Assembly (NCBI GenBank): GCA_040767085.1
Contig: JAXGPF010000004.1
Location: 64,001 to 128,000, forward strand
From: Kiritimatiellia bacterium
GTDB lineage: Bacteria; Verrucomicrobiota; Kiritimatiellia; JAAZAB01
Direction: 5' to 3'
DNA length: 64,000 bases
Part shown: positions 29,797-41,851 of the stretch, one piece after another
Layout of the letters: the number at the start of each line of letters is the position of its first letter
Position numbering within the stretch: position 1 is the first letter of the stretch
Notes under the pieces: generated by a model
Database searches by the model: none
Told to the model about the DNA's origin: nothing
Seen by the model: only the letters and a program-made list of their open reading frames with translations
Translations under genes and position numbers: made by a program

Positions 29797-29811
29797 TTTT
29801 TTGTAAATATC

Positions 29812-29840
29812 TTGACTCTTCCATCGCCCGCCGTTATCCT
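29812..29840 (+). promoter_or_regulatory. Putative sigma70 promoter of pckG
   Basis: TTGACT-17nt-TATCCT immediately after the right TSD copy. Confidence 0.6.
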
Positions 29841-29918
29841 CTCGCCCCTTAACGCGGACACATTGTCCCGTACCGGCGGCGCCACCGCCCCGGTTGAGCG
29901 GAATCAGCGGGGAAAACC

Positions 29919-31733
29919 ATGACAGCAGCGCCGACCAAAAACACAAACCTTATCCAATGGGTGCGCGCCGCGACGGAACTCTGCCAGCCCGACAAGGTGC
30001 ATTGGTGCACCGGCACGGACACAGAATACCACGCGCTTTGCGATCAAATGACCGCGTCCGGCTCTTTCATCAAGCTCAATCCTGCCAAACGCCCGGGATG
30101 TTACCTTGCGCGTTCGCATCCCAGCGACGTGGCGCGCGTGGAAGACCGCACGTTCATCTGCACGCCCTCCCGCGGCGATGCCGGTTCGAACAACCACTGG
30201 GCCGACCCGGACGCCATGCGGAGCAAGCGGAATGAATTGTTTCAAGGCTGCATGCGCGGCCGCACCCTCTACGTGATTCCCTTTTCCATGGGGCCCCTGG
30301 GCGCGCCGCTGGCCAAGATCGGCGTTGAAATAACCGATTCGCCTTACGTCGTATGCAACATGCGCATCATGACCCGCATGGGGCAAGCCGTCCTGAACGA
30401 ACTCGGCGATGACGGCCGTTTCATTCCCTGCCTGCATTCCGTGGGCGCGCCGCTGGCCCCGGGCCAGGCGGACGATCCCTGGCCCTGCGAACCCGATCCG
30501 GCCAAAAAATACATCGTGCATATGCAGGATGAACCGTCCATCTGGTCTTACGGATCCGGATACGGCGGCAACGCCCTGCTGGGCAAAAAATGCCTGGCCT
30601 TGCGGCTGGCATCGTATATCGCCCGCCGTGAAGGCTGGCTGGCCGAACACATGCTGATTCTCGCGATTACTTCGCCGCAAGGGCGGAAATATTACATCGC
30701 CTCCGCTTTTCCCAGCGCCTGCGGCAAAACCAACCTGGCCATGATGCAGCCGACCCTGCCCGGCTGGAAAGTCCGTTGCCTGGGCGACGATATCGCCTGG
30801 ATGCGCATTGGCTCCGATGGCCGCTTGTACGCCATCAATCCGGAATACGGCTTTTTCGGCGTGGCCTCCGGCACTTCCGACCAATCCAACCCCAATGCCA
30901 TACAGACCATCCAGCGCAACACGATTTTTACCAATGTCGCGCTGACCACCGATCGCGATGTATGGTGGGAAGATATGACGGCAACACCGCCCCACCACCT
31001 GACAGACTGGGAAGGACGCCCCTGGACCCCCGGTTGCGGCCGCAAGGCCGCCCACCCCAATTCCCGCTTCACCGCCCCGGCTTATCAATGCCCGTCAATT
31101 GATCCCGAATGGGAAAACCCGGCCGGTGTGCCAATTTCCGCCATTCTTTTCGGCGGGCGCCGGCCTTCCACCATCCCGCTGGTCGCGGAAGCGGTTGACT
31201 GGGAACAAGGCGTCTTCATGGGATCCTCCGCCGGCTCGGAGACCACATCGGCTGCCCTGGGAAAAGCTGGCGTCCTGCGCCGCGATCCATTCGCCATGCT
31301 GCCCTTCTGCGGCTATCACATGGGCGATTACCTGGCCTACTGGCTGTCAATCCCGCAGCGCGCCAACCGGCGCAAATTGCCGATGATTTACTTCGTCAAC
31401 TGGTTCCGCAAATCATCCGACGGCCAATGGCTCTGGCCGGGATACGGAGAAAACAGCCGGGTGCTGAAATGGATTTGCCAACGCGTGGATGGGACAGCCG
31501 CCGCCGTCAGCACGCCCATCGGCAACCTGCCGGCGCCGGACGCCCTGGATCTCAACGGATTGAGCCTGCCGCCCGACCACCTGCGCCAACTGCTGGAAGT
31601 GGACCGGGACGCCTGGCGGCACGAAACCGACGATATTGAGGCCTACTACCAGACGCTTGGCGAGCGGCTGCCGCCGGCTTTGTGGGAACAATTGCAGAAA
31701 TTGCGCCAACGCCTGGCCGCCAGCCAGGTTTGA
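29919..31733 (+). CDS. pckG: Phosphoenolpyruvate carboxykinase (GTP)
   Basis: [49 protein letters not shown]. Confidence 0.97.
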   Translation: MTAAPTKNTNLIQWVRAATELCQPDKVHWCTGTDTEYHALCDQMTASGSFIKLNPAKRPGCYLARSHPSDVARVEDRTFICTPSRGDAGSNNHWADPDAMRSKRNELFQGCMRGRTLYVIPFSMGPLGAPLAKIGVEITDSPYVVCNMRIMTRMGQAVLNELGDDGRFIPCLHSVGAPLAPGQADDPWPCEPDPAKKYIVHMQDEPSIWSYGSGYGGNALLGKKCLALRLASYIARREGWLAEHMLILAITSPQGRKYYIASAFPSACGKTNLAMMQPTLPGWKVRCLGDDIAWMRIGSDGRLYAINPEYGFFGVASGTSDQSNPNAIQTIQRNTIFTNVALTTDRDVWWEDMTATPPHHLTDWEGRPWTPGCGRKAAHPNSRFTAPAYQCPSIDPEWENPAGVPISAILFGGRRPSTIPLVAEAVDWEQGVFMGSSAGSETTSAALGKAGVLRRDPFAMLPFCGYHMGDYLAYWLSIPQRANRRKLPMIYFVNWFRKSSDGQWLWPGYGENSRVLKWICQRVDGTAAAVSTPIGNLPAPDALDLNGLSLPPDHLRQLLEVDRDAWRHETDDIEAYYQTLGERLPPALWEQLQKLRQRLAASQV

Positions 31734-31739
31734 GCGGTT

Positions 31740-33491
31740 TTAACCGGCCGGGCGCCAGGCCTGCACATTCAACTGCAAGATGGTGCGGTCCTGCCAGGTA
31801 TTCTCCTGCAACTGGAAGGCCAGGTCAAAGGCGCCGGGCGGCGGCGGATCGCCAGCGCGGCCGAAGGCAATCGCCTCGTAACGCAACCGGCCGTCGGTAA
31901 CCTTTAATTTTAAATGTTTGCGGCCGACAATCCGCGGCGCTTCCGCGACACGCAACCCGCGCGCCGCCAATACCGGCGCGGGATGGCTCTGGCCGAAGGG
32001 CCGCATATCCTGCATGGCTTCCAGCAATTGCCGGTCCAGTTCCGGCAGTTCCACCCAGCAGTCTACGCGCTGCACCGGGCGCAAATCCGCCCCGCGCAAA
32101 CGCGCGGTCGCGGCGGCGTTGAAAGCGGCGCTGAATTCCGGCAAGGCGGCGCGGCGCAGCGCCAGCCCGGCGGCCGAGGCGTGACCGCCGAAGGCGGCCA
32201 GATGCCGGGAACATTCCCGCAGGCATTCCAGCAGGTTGAACCCATCAATCCCGCGGGCGGAACCGCGGCCCAGGTCATCGCCATCGAACGACACCACCGC
32301 CACCGGCCGGCGGTAACGGGCCGTCAGGCGCGCGGCAACAATGCCGATAACCCCCGGATGCCAGCCTGCGCTCGCTGCCACCAGGCCGAATTGCGCAGCG
32401 GAATCGAACTGGCGGCCCCTGCCCTCAAGCTGCTCGACCGCCTCATCGTAAATCCGGCTTTCGATTTCCTGCCGCGCACGGTTGGCGCTATCCAGTTCGC
32501 CTGCCAGAACGGCCGCGCGGGCCGGATCTGACGTCAGAAGCAATTCCAGGGCGGGCTCCGGCGTTTGCAGCCGGCCCACGGCATTCACCCGCGGTGCCAG
32601 GCCGAAAGCCACATGGCCGGCGCTGATCTCGCCCGTGAGGCCGGCACGCTCGATCAATGCCTGCAGTCCGACGCGTCCGATGGAATGCAGTAGTTCCAGC
32701 CCATGCCGGACCAGGACGCGGTTATCCTCCAGCAACGGCGCCACATCCGCCACGGTGCCCAGCATGACCAGGTCCAGCCAGGCTTCCAAATTCAGGCGGG
32801 CGGCGGCCGGCCGGCCCCCTGTGGCCAGCGCGCGGCAGAGCTGGTAAACCACGCCCACTCCCGCCAGCATGCAAGCCGCCGGGTCGCTGCCCAACTTGGG
32901 ATTCACGACGGCGGCAGCCTGCGGCAGTTCCGCACCCGGTTCGTGATGGTCGGTGATAATCACGTCAATCCCGGCGGCCGCCGCCAGCGCGCAGGTCTCC
33001 GCGGAGGTGATGCCCGTATCCACCGTAATTATCAGGGCGGGATTGCCCAGCGCGCGACAACGGTCCAGGGCCGCGGGAGTGAACCCGTAGCCCGTCTGCA
33101 TCCGATTGGCCAGGCAGGGCGTAACAGAGGCCGCTCCGAGCGCGCGCAAGACCTGGAGCAGGAGCGCCACGCTGGTAATGCCGTCGGCGTCGTAATCGCC
33201 GAAAATCACGATTTCTTCCCGGGCATCCACCGCCCGCCAAAGGCGCGCCGCGGCGGCCGGCATATCCGGCAAAAGCAGCGGATCGCCCAGGTCCGTCAAG
33301 GCCGGCCGCAAAAACCGGCGTACGGCGGCGGCGTCCGGGAGCGCGCGGGCCGCCAGCACGGCGGCGGCCGCGCGCGGCAGATTGAAGTCCGACGCCAGTT
33401 GCGCGATGCGAGCCGGATCGACGTCGGCCGTGCGCCAGATCCGCCCGGCGCCGGCCGCCGCTGTTTGCGCGCAATCGCAGGCCATGGTCAT
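31740..33491 (-). CDS. recJ: ssDNA exonuclease RecJ
   Basis: GDYDADG, TVDTG, TDHH, GTVADV, GSAR, FGGH; ATGA overlap with secDF stop. Confidence 0.95.
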   Translation of the reverse strand: MTMACDCAQTAAAGAGRIWRTADVDPARIAQLASDFNLPRAAAAVLAARALPDAAAVRRFLRPALTDLGDPLLLPDMPAAAARLWRAVDAREEIVIFGDYDADGITSVALLLQVLRALGAASVTPCLANRMQTGYGFTPAALDRCRALGNPALIITVDTGITSAETCALAAAAGIDVIITDHHEPGAELPQAAAVVNPKLGSDPAACMLAGVGVVYQLCRALATGGRPAAARLNLEAWLDLVMLGTVADVAPLLEDNRVLVRHGLELLHSIGRVGLQALIERAGLTGEISAGHVAFGLAPRVNAVGRLQTPEPALELLLTSDPARAAVLAGELDSANRARQEIESRIYDEAVEQLEGRGRQFDSAAQFGLVAASAGWHPGVIGIVAARLTARYRRPVAVVSFDGDDLGRGSARGIDGFNLLECLRECSRHLAAFGGHASAAGLALRRAALPEFSAAFNAAATARLRGADLRPVQRVDCWVELPELDRQLLEAMQDMRPFGQSHPAPVLAARGLRVAEAPRIVGRKHLKLKVTDGRLRYEAIAFGRAGDPPPPGAFDLAFQLQENTWQDRTILQLNVQAWRPAG

Positions 33492-36013
33492 TTTTTTACG
33501 GCTTTCCCCGGCCGTTTCGAGCGGTACAGGTTCAGCATGACCGGCACGGCGATATATATGGTCGAATAAGTGCCGGCGACCACGCCGATAAATAGCACCA
33601 ACGCAAAATCGTTGATGGCGCCGCCGCCGAACACCAGCAGAATGGTGACCGCCAGGAAGGTGGTCAACGAGGTGAGGATGGTGCGGCTGAGCGTCTCGTT
33701 CAGGCTGGCGTTGCACAATTGCTTGAAGGTCTGCCGGTCGTCGGCGGCGTTGGGCTGCGCCTTCAGTTTTTCGCGGATCCGGTCGAAGATCACGATCGTG
33801 TCGTTGATGGAATAACCCACGATCGTCATCAACCCCGCGATCACCGTCATGTTAATCTGCCGGCCCAGCAGGCAATAAACGCCTACGCACACCAGCACGT
33901 CATGCACCAGGGCGACAATCCCCCCGATGGCGTAAGCGAACTGAAAACGCCAGGCGATATAGATCACCATGCCGATCATCGAAAAGAGCAGGGCCTTGGC
34001 CGCCCGGCCCACCATCTCGTTGCCGATCTGCGGACCGACCACATCCTCGCTGAGCAATTTGAAGCCAGCCTCCTCGAATTTCGTCGTCATGGTCTGCTTG
34101 GCCAGTTCGGCGCTGGCGGCATCCGTGCGCAGTTGGAGTCGCTCGCCGCCGCCGCTCAATTCACGCTGGTACTGAATCTGGGTTTCGCGCGCGCCGGCTG
34201 CCGCCAGCGCGTCCCGGATCGCCGCCAGCCCCGGCTTCTGCTGCTCCGCAAAGCTGAAAGTCAAAGACGCGCCGCCGGTGAAATCCGTGCCGAGGATGCG
34301 CGTGTGGTCCTTGGCCGCCCGGATTCCCACCAGCACGCTGCACACCAGCACCACGATGATCGAAAACGTCAGTGCGGGCTTGTACAACTTCAGGAAGTTG
34401 ATTTTCCCGGTGCCGCGGAACATGTTCAACATGCGGATGCGCTGGACCTTGCCGCGGCGGATGACCAGGTCGAAAATCAGGCGGGTCACCACCAGGGCGG
34501 AATACATGCTCACCATGATGCCGGCGGTCAGGGTGACGCCGAACCCGCGCACCGGCCCGGTGCCGAAAATGAACAGCAGCACCGCCGCCATCACGGTGGT
34601 CAGGTTGGAATCCAGGATGGTCAGGAAGGCCTTGTCGTAACCCGCGACCACCGCGGGCCCCAGGCGCTTGCCCAGGTTCTGCTCCTCCCGGATGCGCTCG
34701 AAAATCAGGACGTTGGCGTCCACCGCCATGCCGATAGTGAGCACAATGCCGGCGATGCCGGGCAGGGTCAGCACGGGCAGGCCTACGCCTCCCCCGCCGG
34801 CGCCGGTAAACAAGCCCATGACGCCGGCGGTAACCATCATCGCCAGCGGCAGCAGCAGCATGTTGCACAGCAGTCCGAGGTTGGCGATCAGCCCGCCCCA
34901 GAAATAATAGATCAGCATGAATACGACCACGGCCGCGCCGCTGAAAAACGCCGCGCGCAACCCGCTGGCGATGGAGTCCCGGCCCAGGGACGGGTCCACG
35001 CTGCGCGATTCGATGATTTTCACCGGGGTCGGCAGCGAGCCGGCGCGCAGGACGATGGACAGGTCCTGGGCTTCTTTCAGGCTGAAATTGCCTTCAATCA
35101 TGGCTTCCCCGCCGTAAATCGCCGTCTTGATGAACGGCGCGGAATACAATTTGCCGTCCATGACGATCGCCAGGTAACGCCGGCCGTTTGGATTGGGATT
35201 GCGGGCGCCGCCGGGCGCGTAGTCCGCCGTGATATTGGCAAAGCGGCGGGCGCCCTTGGCGTCGAACGACAGCGAAACGTAAGGCTGGCTGGCAGGACCG
35301 TATTCCACCTTGGCGTTGCGCACGGCATTGCCTTTCAATTCGCTGCGTTGCCGGACAAAATACGGGATATAGAGCTTATGGCCGCCGATCAGCCGTTCCT
35401 CCAGCATGAAGCGGTAGCCGGGCGGCGCCTGGAAACCGGTGATTTGCGCGCGCCAATCCTCGCCCAGCGCTTCGCCCGCCGCGCGGATGCGCTGGTAATA
35501 ATCGCCGCGGCGGCCCTCGGCATCCATGTGCACAATTTTAAAACCATCCGGCGCCAGCCCCTTGTCAAACAGCTTGCGCACCAGATCGTCGTTGTCCTCG
35601 TGCACCATGCTGAATTCCAGGAAAGCCGCGCTCTGGATCAACTGCGCCGCGCGCTCCTGGTCTTCCGCGCTGGAGCCGGGAATCTGCACGGCAATGCGGT
35701 TATGATGCTCGGGATAAATTACCGGTTCCGCCACGCCCAGAGCGTCCACGCGGTTGCGGATGATCTCGAGGGCTTGCTCCTGGGCCTCGCGCACCTTGCC
35801 CGGCAGGCGGTCCCGCACCTGGGCGTCGGTCAGATCGCGGTACTCCTCGCGCAACTGGCGGAAAAGGTCTTCCTCGTCGATCTCCACCGTAAAACTGGCG
35901 CCGCCGCGCAAGTCCAACCCCAGCTTGATCTTGTCCGGCGGAATGACCAGGGCCAGCGAGAATGCCATGAATACCGCCAACAGCAGCCACTTCCAAATCG
36001 CGTGCTTGTCCAT
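33488..36013 (-). CDS. secDF: Fused protein translocase SecDF
   Basis: LGLDLRGG, GMAVDANVLIFERIREE, GTDFTGG, GYSINDTIVIFDRIRE. Confidence 0.96.
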   Translation of the reverse strand: MDKHAIWKWLLLAVFMAFSLALVIPPDKIKLGLDLRGGASFTVEIDEEDLFRQLREEYRDLTDAQVRDRLPGKVREAQEQALEIIRNRVDALGVAEPVIYPEHHNRIAVQIPGSSAEDQERAAQLIQSAAFLEFSMVHEDNDDLVRKLFDKGLAPDGFKIVHMDAEGRRGDYYQRIRAAGEALGEDWRAQITGFQAPPGYRFMLEERLIGGHKLYIPYFVRQRSELKGNAVRNAKVEYGPASQPYVSLSFDAKGARRFANITADYAPGGARNPNPNGRRYLAIVMDGKLYSAPFIKTAIYGGEAMIEGNFSLKEAQDLSIVLRAGSLPTPVKIIESRSVDPSLGRDSIASGLRAAFFSGAAVVVFMLIYYFWGGLIANLGLLCNMLLLPLAMMVTAGVMGLFTGAGGGGVGLPVLTLPGIAGIVLTIGMAVDANVLIFERIREEQNLGKRLGPAVVAGYDKAFLTILDSNLTTVMAAVLLFIFGTGPVRGFGVTLTAGIMVSMYSALVVTRLIFDLVIRRGKVQRIRMLNMFRGTGKINFLKLYKPALTFSIIVVLVCSVLVGIRAAKDHTRILGTDFTGGASLTFSFAEQQKPGLAAIRDALAAAGARETQIQYQRELSGGGERLQLRTDAASAELAKQTMTTKFEEAGFKLLSEDVVGPQIGNEMVGRAAKALLFSMIGMVIYIAWRFQFAYAIGGIVALVHDVLVCVGVYCLLGRQINMTVIAGLMTIVGYSINDTIVIFDRIREKLKAQPNAADDRQTFKQLCNASLNETLSRTILTSLTTFLAVTILLVFGGGAINDFALVLFIGVVAGTYSTIYIAVPVMLNLYRSKRPGKAVKK

Positions 36014-36018
36014 GCGTT

Positions 36019-36378
36019 TTACTCCTTCGTATCCTTGCGCAAATCGTTGTCATCCTGCAGCACCCGGGTCACCGCGGAGCGGACCGCTTCCACCTTGGTG
36101 TTGTCGGCAATCTTGATGACAAACACATCGGGCTTGACGTTGGCCACCACGCCGATCAATCCCCCGGCAAACAACACCCGGTCGCCGGTCTTGATCGAGT
36201 CAATCAACTTGCGCCGTTCCTTCTCCCGGCGCTGTTGCGGCAGGATCATCATGAAATAGAACAAAGCCACCATGATCACCAGCCAGCCGATCAGCAACCC
36301 CGGAGATTGCTGCTGACCCGCGCCGCCGGGACTCCCGCCCATGCCCAACGCCAGCATACTCGCCATTGATGTCATCAT
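36019..36378 (-). CDS. yajC: Preprotein translocase subunit YajC
   Basis: FYFMMILPQQRR...IKTGDRV..GG; tgt-yajC-secDF synteny. Confidence 0.93.
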   Translation of the reverse strand: MMTSMASMLALGMGGSPGGAGQQQSPGLLIGWLVIMVALFYFMMILPQQRREKERRKLIDSIKTGDRVLFAGGLIGVVANVKPDVFVIKIADNTKVEAVRSAVTRVLQDDNDLRKDTKE

Positions 36379-36404
36379 CCGTGTCCCCCTGCATCCTCGC
36401 TTGG

Positions 36405-37556
<1,152 letters not shown>

Positions 37557-38159
37557 TTAAAATGCCTGCCGGCTTTTCATGGCGTTGGCCAGGGTGAGGG
37601 CATCGGCATAAGCCACACCGCCGCCGGCAGGGATGCCCATGGCAGGACGCGAGACCAGCAGATTGCGCCCGGCCAGGCGGCTGCGGATGAAACTGGCCGT
37701 AGCATCGCTTTCTACATTGCTGTTCAGCGCCAGGATAACTTCCCGGAAGGATGCCCGCTCAATCCGCGCCAGCAGGGAACTCATCCGCAAATCCTGCGTA
37801 CCCATCCCGTTCATCGGCGAAAGCCGCCCCATCAGCGCATGGTAGCGACCGCGGTAGCCGCCGGCCTGCTCGATCCGCATGATGTCGGCCGGCGCCTCCA
37901 CCACGCAAAGCAAGCCGTCGTCCCGCGCCGGATCAGTGCATAGCCGGCAGGGATCCTCCTGCGCCGCCGTCAAGGCGCCGCACCGGCCGCAGCAGCGCAG
38001 GCTGGCAGCCACTTCCTGCAAGGCGGCGGACATCTCCGCGGGCAGATTGGATTGATCCGTCAGCAGACCGAACACCAGCCGCTCGGCGGAGCGGCGGCCG
38101 ATGCCGGGCAGTCGCCCGAAACAATCGCGCAGTTTTTCGAATGCGGGATGATAGCGCAT
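37557..38159 (-). CDS. recR: Recombination mediator RecR
   Basis: LPGIGRRSAER, C4 zinc finger, CVVE, toprim domain. Confidence 0.94.
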   Translation of the reverse strand: MRYHPAFEKLRDCFGRLPGIGRRSAERLVFGLLTDQSNLPAEMSAALQEVAASLRCCGRCGALTAAQEDPCRLCTDPARDDGLLCVVEAPADIMRIEQAGGYRGRYHALMGRLSPMNGMGTQDLRMSSLLARIERASFREVILALNSNVESDATASFIRSRLAGRNLLVSRPAMGIPAGGGVAYADALTLANAMKSRQAF

Positions 38160-38210
38160 GGTGAAGATCAATCGCGGGCGTCCGCCGCTTTTTCCACGGA
38201 CCGCTCAGGG

Positions 38211-38528
38211 CTACATTCCCGGCAAATCCGGCATCCCCATTTCCGACATCAGGCGGCGCATCTCGGCCGCGCCATGCTTGCGGGCGGCATCCAGGGCGCC
38301 TTCCACCGCCGTCAGCACCATTTTTTCCAGGACGGCAGGCCGGGCCGGGTCCATCGCCGCCGGATCAATTTTAACAGCCGCCACCGAACCGTCGCCGCGG
38401 GCGGTGACCGTCACCTGGCCGCCGCCCGCGGAGAAATCTACCGTCTGCTGGCGCAGTTGCGCCTGGATTTTCTTCACATTGCGCTGCATGCTGGCGGCGT
38501 CTTTGATCATCTTGAACATGTTTTTCAT
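38211..38528 (-). CDS. ybaB: YbaB/EbfC nucleoid-associated protein
   Basis: SAGGGQVTVT.GDG; dnaX-ybaB-recR synteny. Confidence 0.92.
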   Translation of the reverse strand: MKNMFKMIKDAASMQRNVKKIQAQLRQQTVDFSAGGGQVTVTARGDGSVAAVKIDPAAMDPARPAVLEKMVLTAVEGALDAARKHGAAEMRRLMSEMGMPDLPGM

Positions 38529-38542
38529 AGCGGCCTTGCTCC

Positions 38543-40315
38543 CTACTCCCGGATTTCCTGAATGCTGCCGTTAAACTTGTCTAAAACCTTCTGCACTTTC
38601 TCATCTGCCATCCATTTGCGCACGGCGGACTTGCCGCCGGCGGGCGCGGCCGGTTTCTCGTCCTTGCCCGGCTTGGCAGGTTCCACCCGGTGACTGGCGG
38701 CGGCCGGCGGAGTCGCGCTTTTGCCTGTCGGCGCGCCGCCGGTGGCCGGCAATTGGTCGCACAATTCGAAAGCCACCTCCACGGGGCGGCGCAAAGTTTC
38801 CTCCACGCCTTTCTGGACGGCCAGGCGGTTGCGCGATTGCTGCAATTGTTCCAGGCGGTCGGCAAATTCGCGGTCAATGCCGATGACCACTTTATCGCCC
38901 TGGACGGACAACGGCGCCGCGTCCAGGAGGTACGTACGGGCCCGGATGGCAATACGCCCCACCCTTTCTATAACCAGGGGCCATTCCCGCAGCAGACGCA
39001 AGTAGTCGCCTGCCGGCGGCTCGGGCACGGCGGCGGAGGCCGCCGGCGCCAGTTTCAATTCGCCGGCGGCTGGCGGCGTTTTAACCGCCGCGGCGGCGTT
39101 CCGTCCGGCGGCCGGCGCTGCCGCCACGGCCGCGGGGCGCGGCGGGGGCGGCGTCATGGGCCCGCCGGGGGCGCCGGGCAATTGGCGCCGCAAGGTTTGA
39201 ATCTGCTCGAGCACTTCGTCCAGGCTGACCGCATCGCGCAGCCGGGCGCAGCGGATCAAGGCGGTTTCCACCAGCGTGCGCCGCGAAAGCGCATAGCGTA
39301 TGCGGTCCAGCGTATCCATGAGGATTTCCGCCATGCGCAGCAGGCGGCCGGCTTCCGCCTGCTCCGCCTGGCGGGCCAAAAGCGCCGTTTCCGACTCGAT
39401 CAGTTCGCCGGCGGCCGCGGCGCCGACCTCGACCAAAATCAGCAGGTTGCGGAAATGCTCCAGCAGTTCCACCAGCAGGCGCTGCATGTCTTTCCCCTGC
39501 CCGTCCAGTTCGTCCACCAATTTCACCGTCTGCAGAATGTCGCCGGCCAGGATCGCCCCGGAGAGGGTTTCCAGGGCATGGCGCGAAATCAGGCCGAACA
39601 CCGCGAGCACATCGGCTTCCTTGATCTGCCGGCCCTGGAAGGAAATCATCTGGTCCAGGGCGGACTCGGCATCGCGCAAGCCGCCTTCGGCGGCGCGCGC
39701 CAGCGCCAGCAAGGCATCGCGGTCCACATCCACCTTTTCCGCGCCGGCAATCAATGCCAGGCGCTCGACTATCAGCGGGGCGGGGATGCGCCGCAGGTCA
39801 AACCGCTGGCAGCGGGAGAGAATGGTGGCGGGGATGCGCTCGGGATCGGTGGTCGCCATGAAAAATTTTAAATGCGGCGGCGGCTCCTCCAAGGTCTTCA
39901 ACAAGGCGTTAAACGCCTCGTTCGTCAGCATGTGGACTTCGTCAATGATGTAGATTTTAAACCGGCCCTGCGGCATGAACCGGGCGTTGTCGCGCAATTC
40001 GCGGATATTGTCAATGCCGCGGTTGGAGGCGGCGTCGATTTCCTGGACATCCAGGTTGGTGCCGGCGGCGATTTCGCGGCAGGAGTCGCACACCCCGCAG
40101 GCCTTGACCGCGGGGCCCTTGACGCAATTCAGCGCCCGGGCGAAAATCCGGGCGATGGTGGTTTTGCCCACGCCGCGCGGACCGACAAACAGGTAGGCAT
40201 GCGCCACGCGTTCCGATTGGATGGCGTTTTGCAGGGTGGTGATCACATGCGCCTGGCCCACGACATCGTCGAACTGCTGGGGCCGCCACTTGCGGGCTAT
40301 AACTTCATAAGCCAT
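38543..40315 (-). CDS. dnaX: DNA polymerase III subunit gamma/tau
   Basis: ARKWRPQQF, GPRGVGKTT, IIDEVHML, LKTLEEPP, SRCQRF. Confidence 0.96.
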   Translation of the reverse strand: MAYEVIARKWRPQQFDDVVGQAHVITTLQNAIQSERVAHAYLFVGPRGVGKTTIARIFARALNCVKGPAVKACGVCDSCREIAAGTNLDVQEIDAASNRGIDNIRELRDNARFMPQGRFKIYIIDEVHMLTNEAFNALLKTLEEPPPHLKFFMATTDPERIPATILSRCQRFDLRRIPAPLIVERLALIAGAEKVDVDRDALLALARAAEGGLRDAESALDQMISFQGRQIKEADVLAVFGLISRHALETLSGAILAGDILQTVKLVDELDGQGKDMQRLLVELLEHFRNLLILVEVGAAAAGELIESETALLARQAEQAEAGRLLRMAEILMDTLDRIRYALSRRTLVETALIRCARLRDAVSLDEVLEQIQTLRRQLPGAPGGPMTPPPPRPAAVAAAPAAGRNAAAAVKTPPAAGELKLAPAASAAVPEPPAGDYLRLLREWPLVIERVGRIAIRARTYLLDAAPLSVQGDKVVIGIDREFADRLEQLQQSRNRLAVQKGVEETLRRPVEVAFELCDQLPATGGAPTGKSATPPAAASHRVEPAKPGKDEKPAAPAGGKSAVRKWMADEKVQKVLDKFNGSIQEIRE

Positions 40316-40369
40316 GATCAAATCCTTCCGGTTGTCTTTGCCGCGATATTTTCCCGCCCGGGGCGCGCA

Positions 40370-41522
40370 TTAGCGCGCCGCCGCATTTCCACCGGCCTTC
40401 CCGTTGCCCGCGGCGGCGCGGTTGTGCTTCAGCCAGGCTTCAATAAACTGGTCCAGTTCGCCGTCCAGCACGGCGGCCACGTTGCCGGTTTCGGTTTCCG
40501 TGCGGTGGTCCTTCACCATGGTATAGGGCTGCATCACGTAGGAGCGGATTTGACGTCCCCAGGCGATCTCGCCCTTCTCCCCGTAAAAACGCTCCATCTC
40601 CTTCCGCTTCCGGTCCTCGCGCCATTCGTACAGACGGGCGCGGAGCAATTTCATGGCCTTGGCCCGGTTGGCGTGCTGCGAACGCTCGGTCTGGCAGGCC
40701 ACGACAATGCCGGAGGGCAGATGGGTGATCCGGATCGCGGAATCGGTTTTGTTCACATGCTGCCCGCCCGCCCCGCCGGAACGATAGGTATCCACCTTCA
40801 AATCCTCGTCCTTGATTTCCACGTCAAAATCGTCATCAATTTCCGCCACCACGTCCAGCGAGGCAAAGGAAGTATGCCGCCGGTGGTTGGCGTCAAAGGG
40901 ACTGATCCGCACCAGCCGGTGCACGCCGCGCTCCGCCGCCAGGCAGCCGTAGGCATACTCGCCGTTCACGGCAAAAGTCACGCTCTTGATCCCGGCTTCA
41001 TCGCCCGGCAGCATGTCCAGCACCGCCAGTTCGAAATCCCGGCGTTCGCAGTACCGGCGATACATGCGGAAGAGGATTGCCGCCCAGTCGCAGGACTCGG
41101 TGCCGCCCGCGCCGGCATGCAGGCTGAGAAAGGCGTTGTTGCGGTCGAATGGTCCGGCCAGCAGCGACTGAATTTCCAGCCGCGCGAAGGCGGCTTCCCA
41201 CTGCGTTAATTCCTCCCGGACATGCGCGGCGGCGGCCGCCGCCTGGTCGGCATCGGACTCCTCCCGCGCCAATTCGAGCATGACGCGGGAATCTTCCAGC
41301 CGGCGGGCCAGCGCGCGGCAGGGCTCCAGCACCGCGCGGTGGGCATTGGCCTGGTTGATCAGCGCCCGCGCCGCACTGGCATCTTCCCAGAAATCCGGCG
41401 CCGCCATCCGTTGTTCGAATTCAGCAAATTGTTTTTCGCGCTGGGCGCAGTCAAAGATACCTCCGCATTTCGCCCAGCCGCCGCTCCATTTCCTCAAGAC
41501 GCTCTTCCAGTTCCTCCAGCAT
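40370..41522 (-). CDS. prfB: Peptide chain release factor 2 (programmed +1 frameshift)
   Basis: 23-codon leader MLEELEERLEEMERRLGEMRRYL then CTT-TGA-C; +1 frame carries SPF and GGQ motifs. Confidence 0.96.
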
Positions 41523-41648
41523 GTCCAGCTTCCCCTATGCAAAATCCGCCCGCGCGCCGCCTGGCGGTCAATTTATCCGGCATTGCCAAAAAACGCATTA
41601 TGCCCGATCCCCCGGTATTTGGCAAGCCGGCAAAAAGAAAAATCCATC

Positions 41649-41720
41649 TGATCCGCAGATTGCGCAGATTCAGAAACGGAGGGATGATCCGCAGATTGCG
41701 TAAATTCAGGGACAGAGGGA
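41649..41720 (+). repeat. Two tandem 36-bp units with 9-bp internal periodicity
   Basis: TGATCCGCAGATTGCGCAGATTCAGAAACGGAGGGA / TGATCCGCAGATTGCGTAAATTCAGGGACAGAGGGA. Confidence 0.85.
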
Positions 41721-41723
41721 TGG

Positions 41724-41803
41724 CACCAATCATGGCGGCAAACTCGCCTTGCGAGACGTCGAGATACTCACGAACGACTCGAATATCAGGGGCTTGATCT
41801 CGT
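41724..41803 (-). pseudogene. 80-bp duplicated fragment of the HTH antitoxin gene
   Basis: Near-identical to 42764-42844 (2 substitutions, 1-nt deletion). Confidence 0.88.
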
Positions 41804-41851
41804 TTCAACTCAATTGGATAAAACAATGGCCTGCATTCATCTTGTGTGCCT

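Noticed and set aside
33492-33716. N-terminal extension of RecJ
   Set aside because: Overlaps secDF in another frame; ATG 33491 gives the usual ATGA coupling.
33719-36259. 846-aa + strand ORF and other long antisense ORFs (e.g. 58916-60514, 51038-52606)
   Set aside because: Shadow ORFs opposite well-supported genes in high-GC DNA.
41494-41826. 110-aa ORF as a real gene
   Set aside because: Chimera of the duplicated antitoxin fragment and repeat-derived LRNLR peptides.
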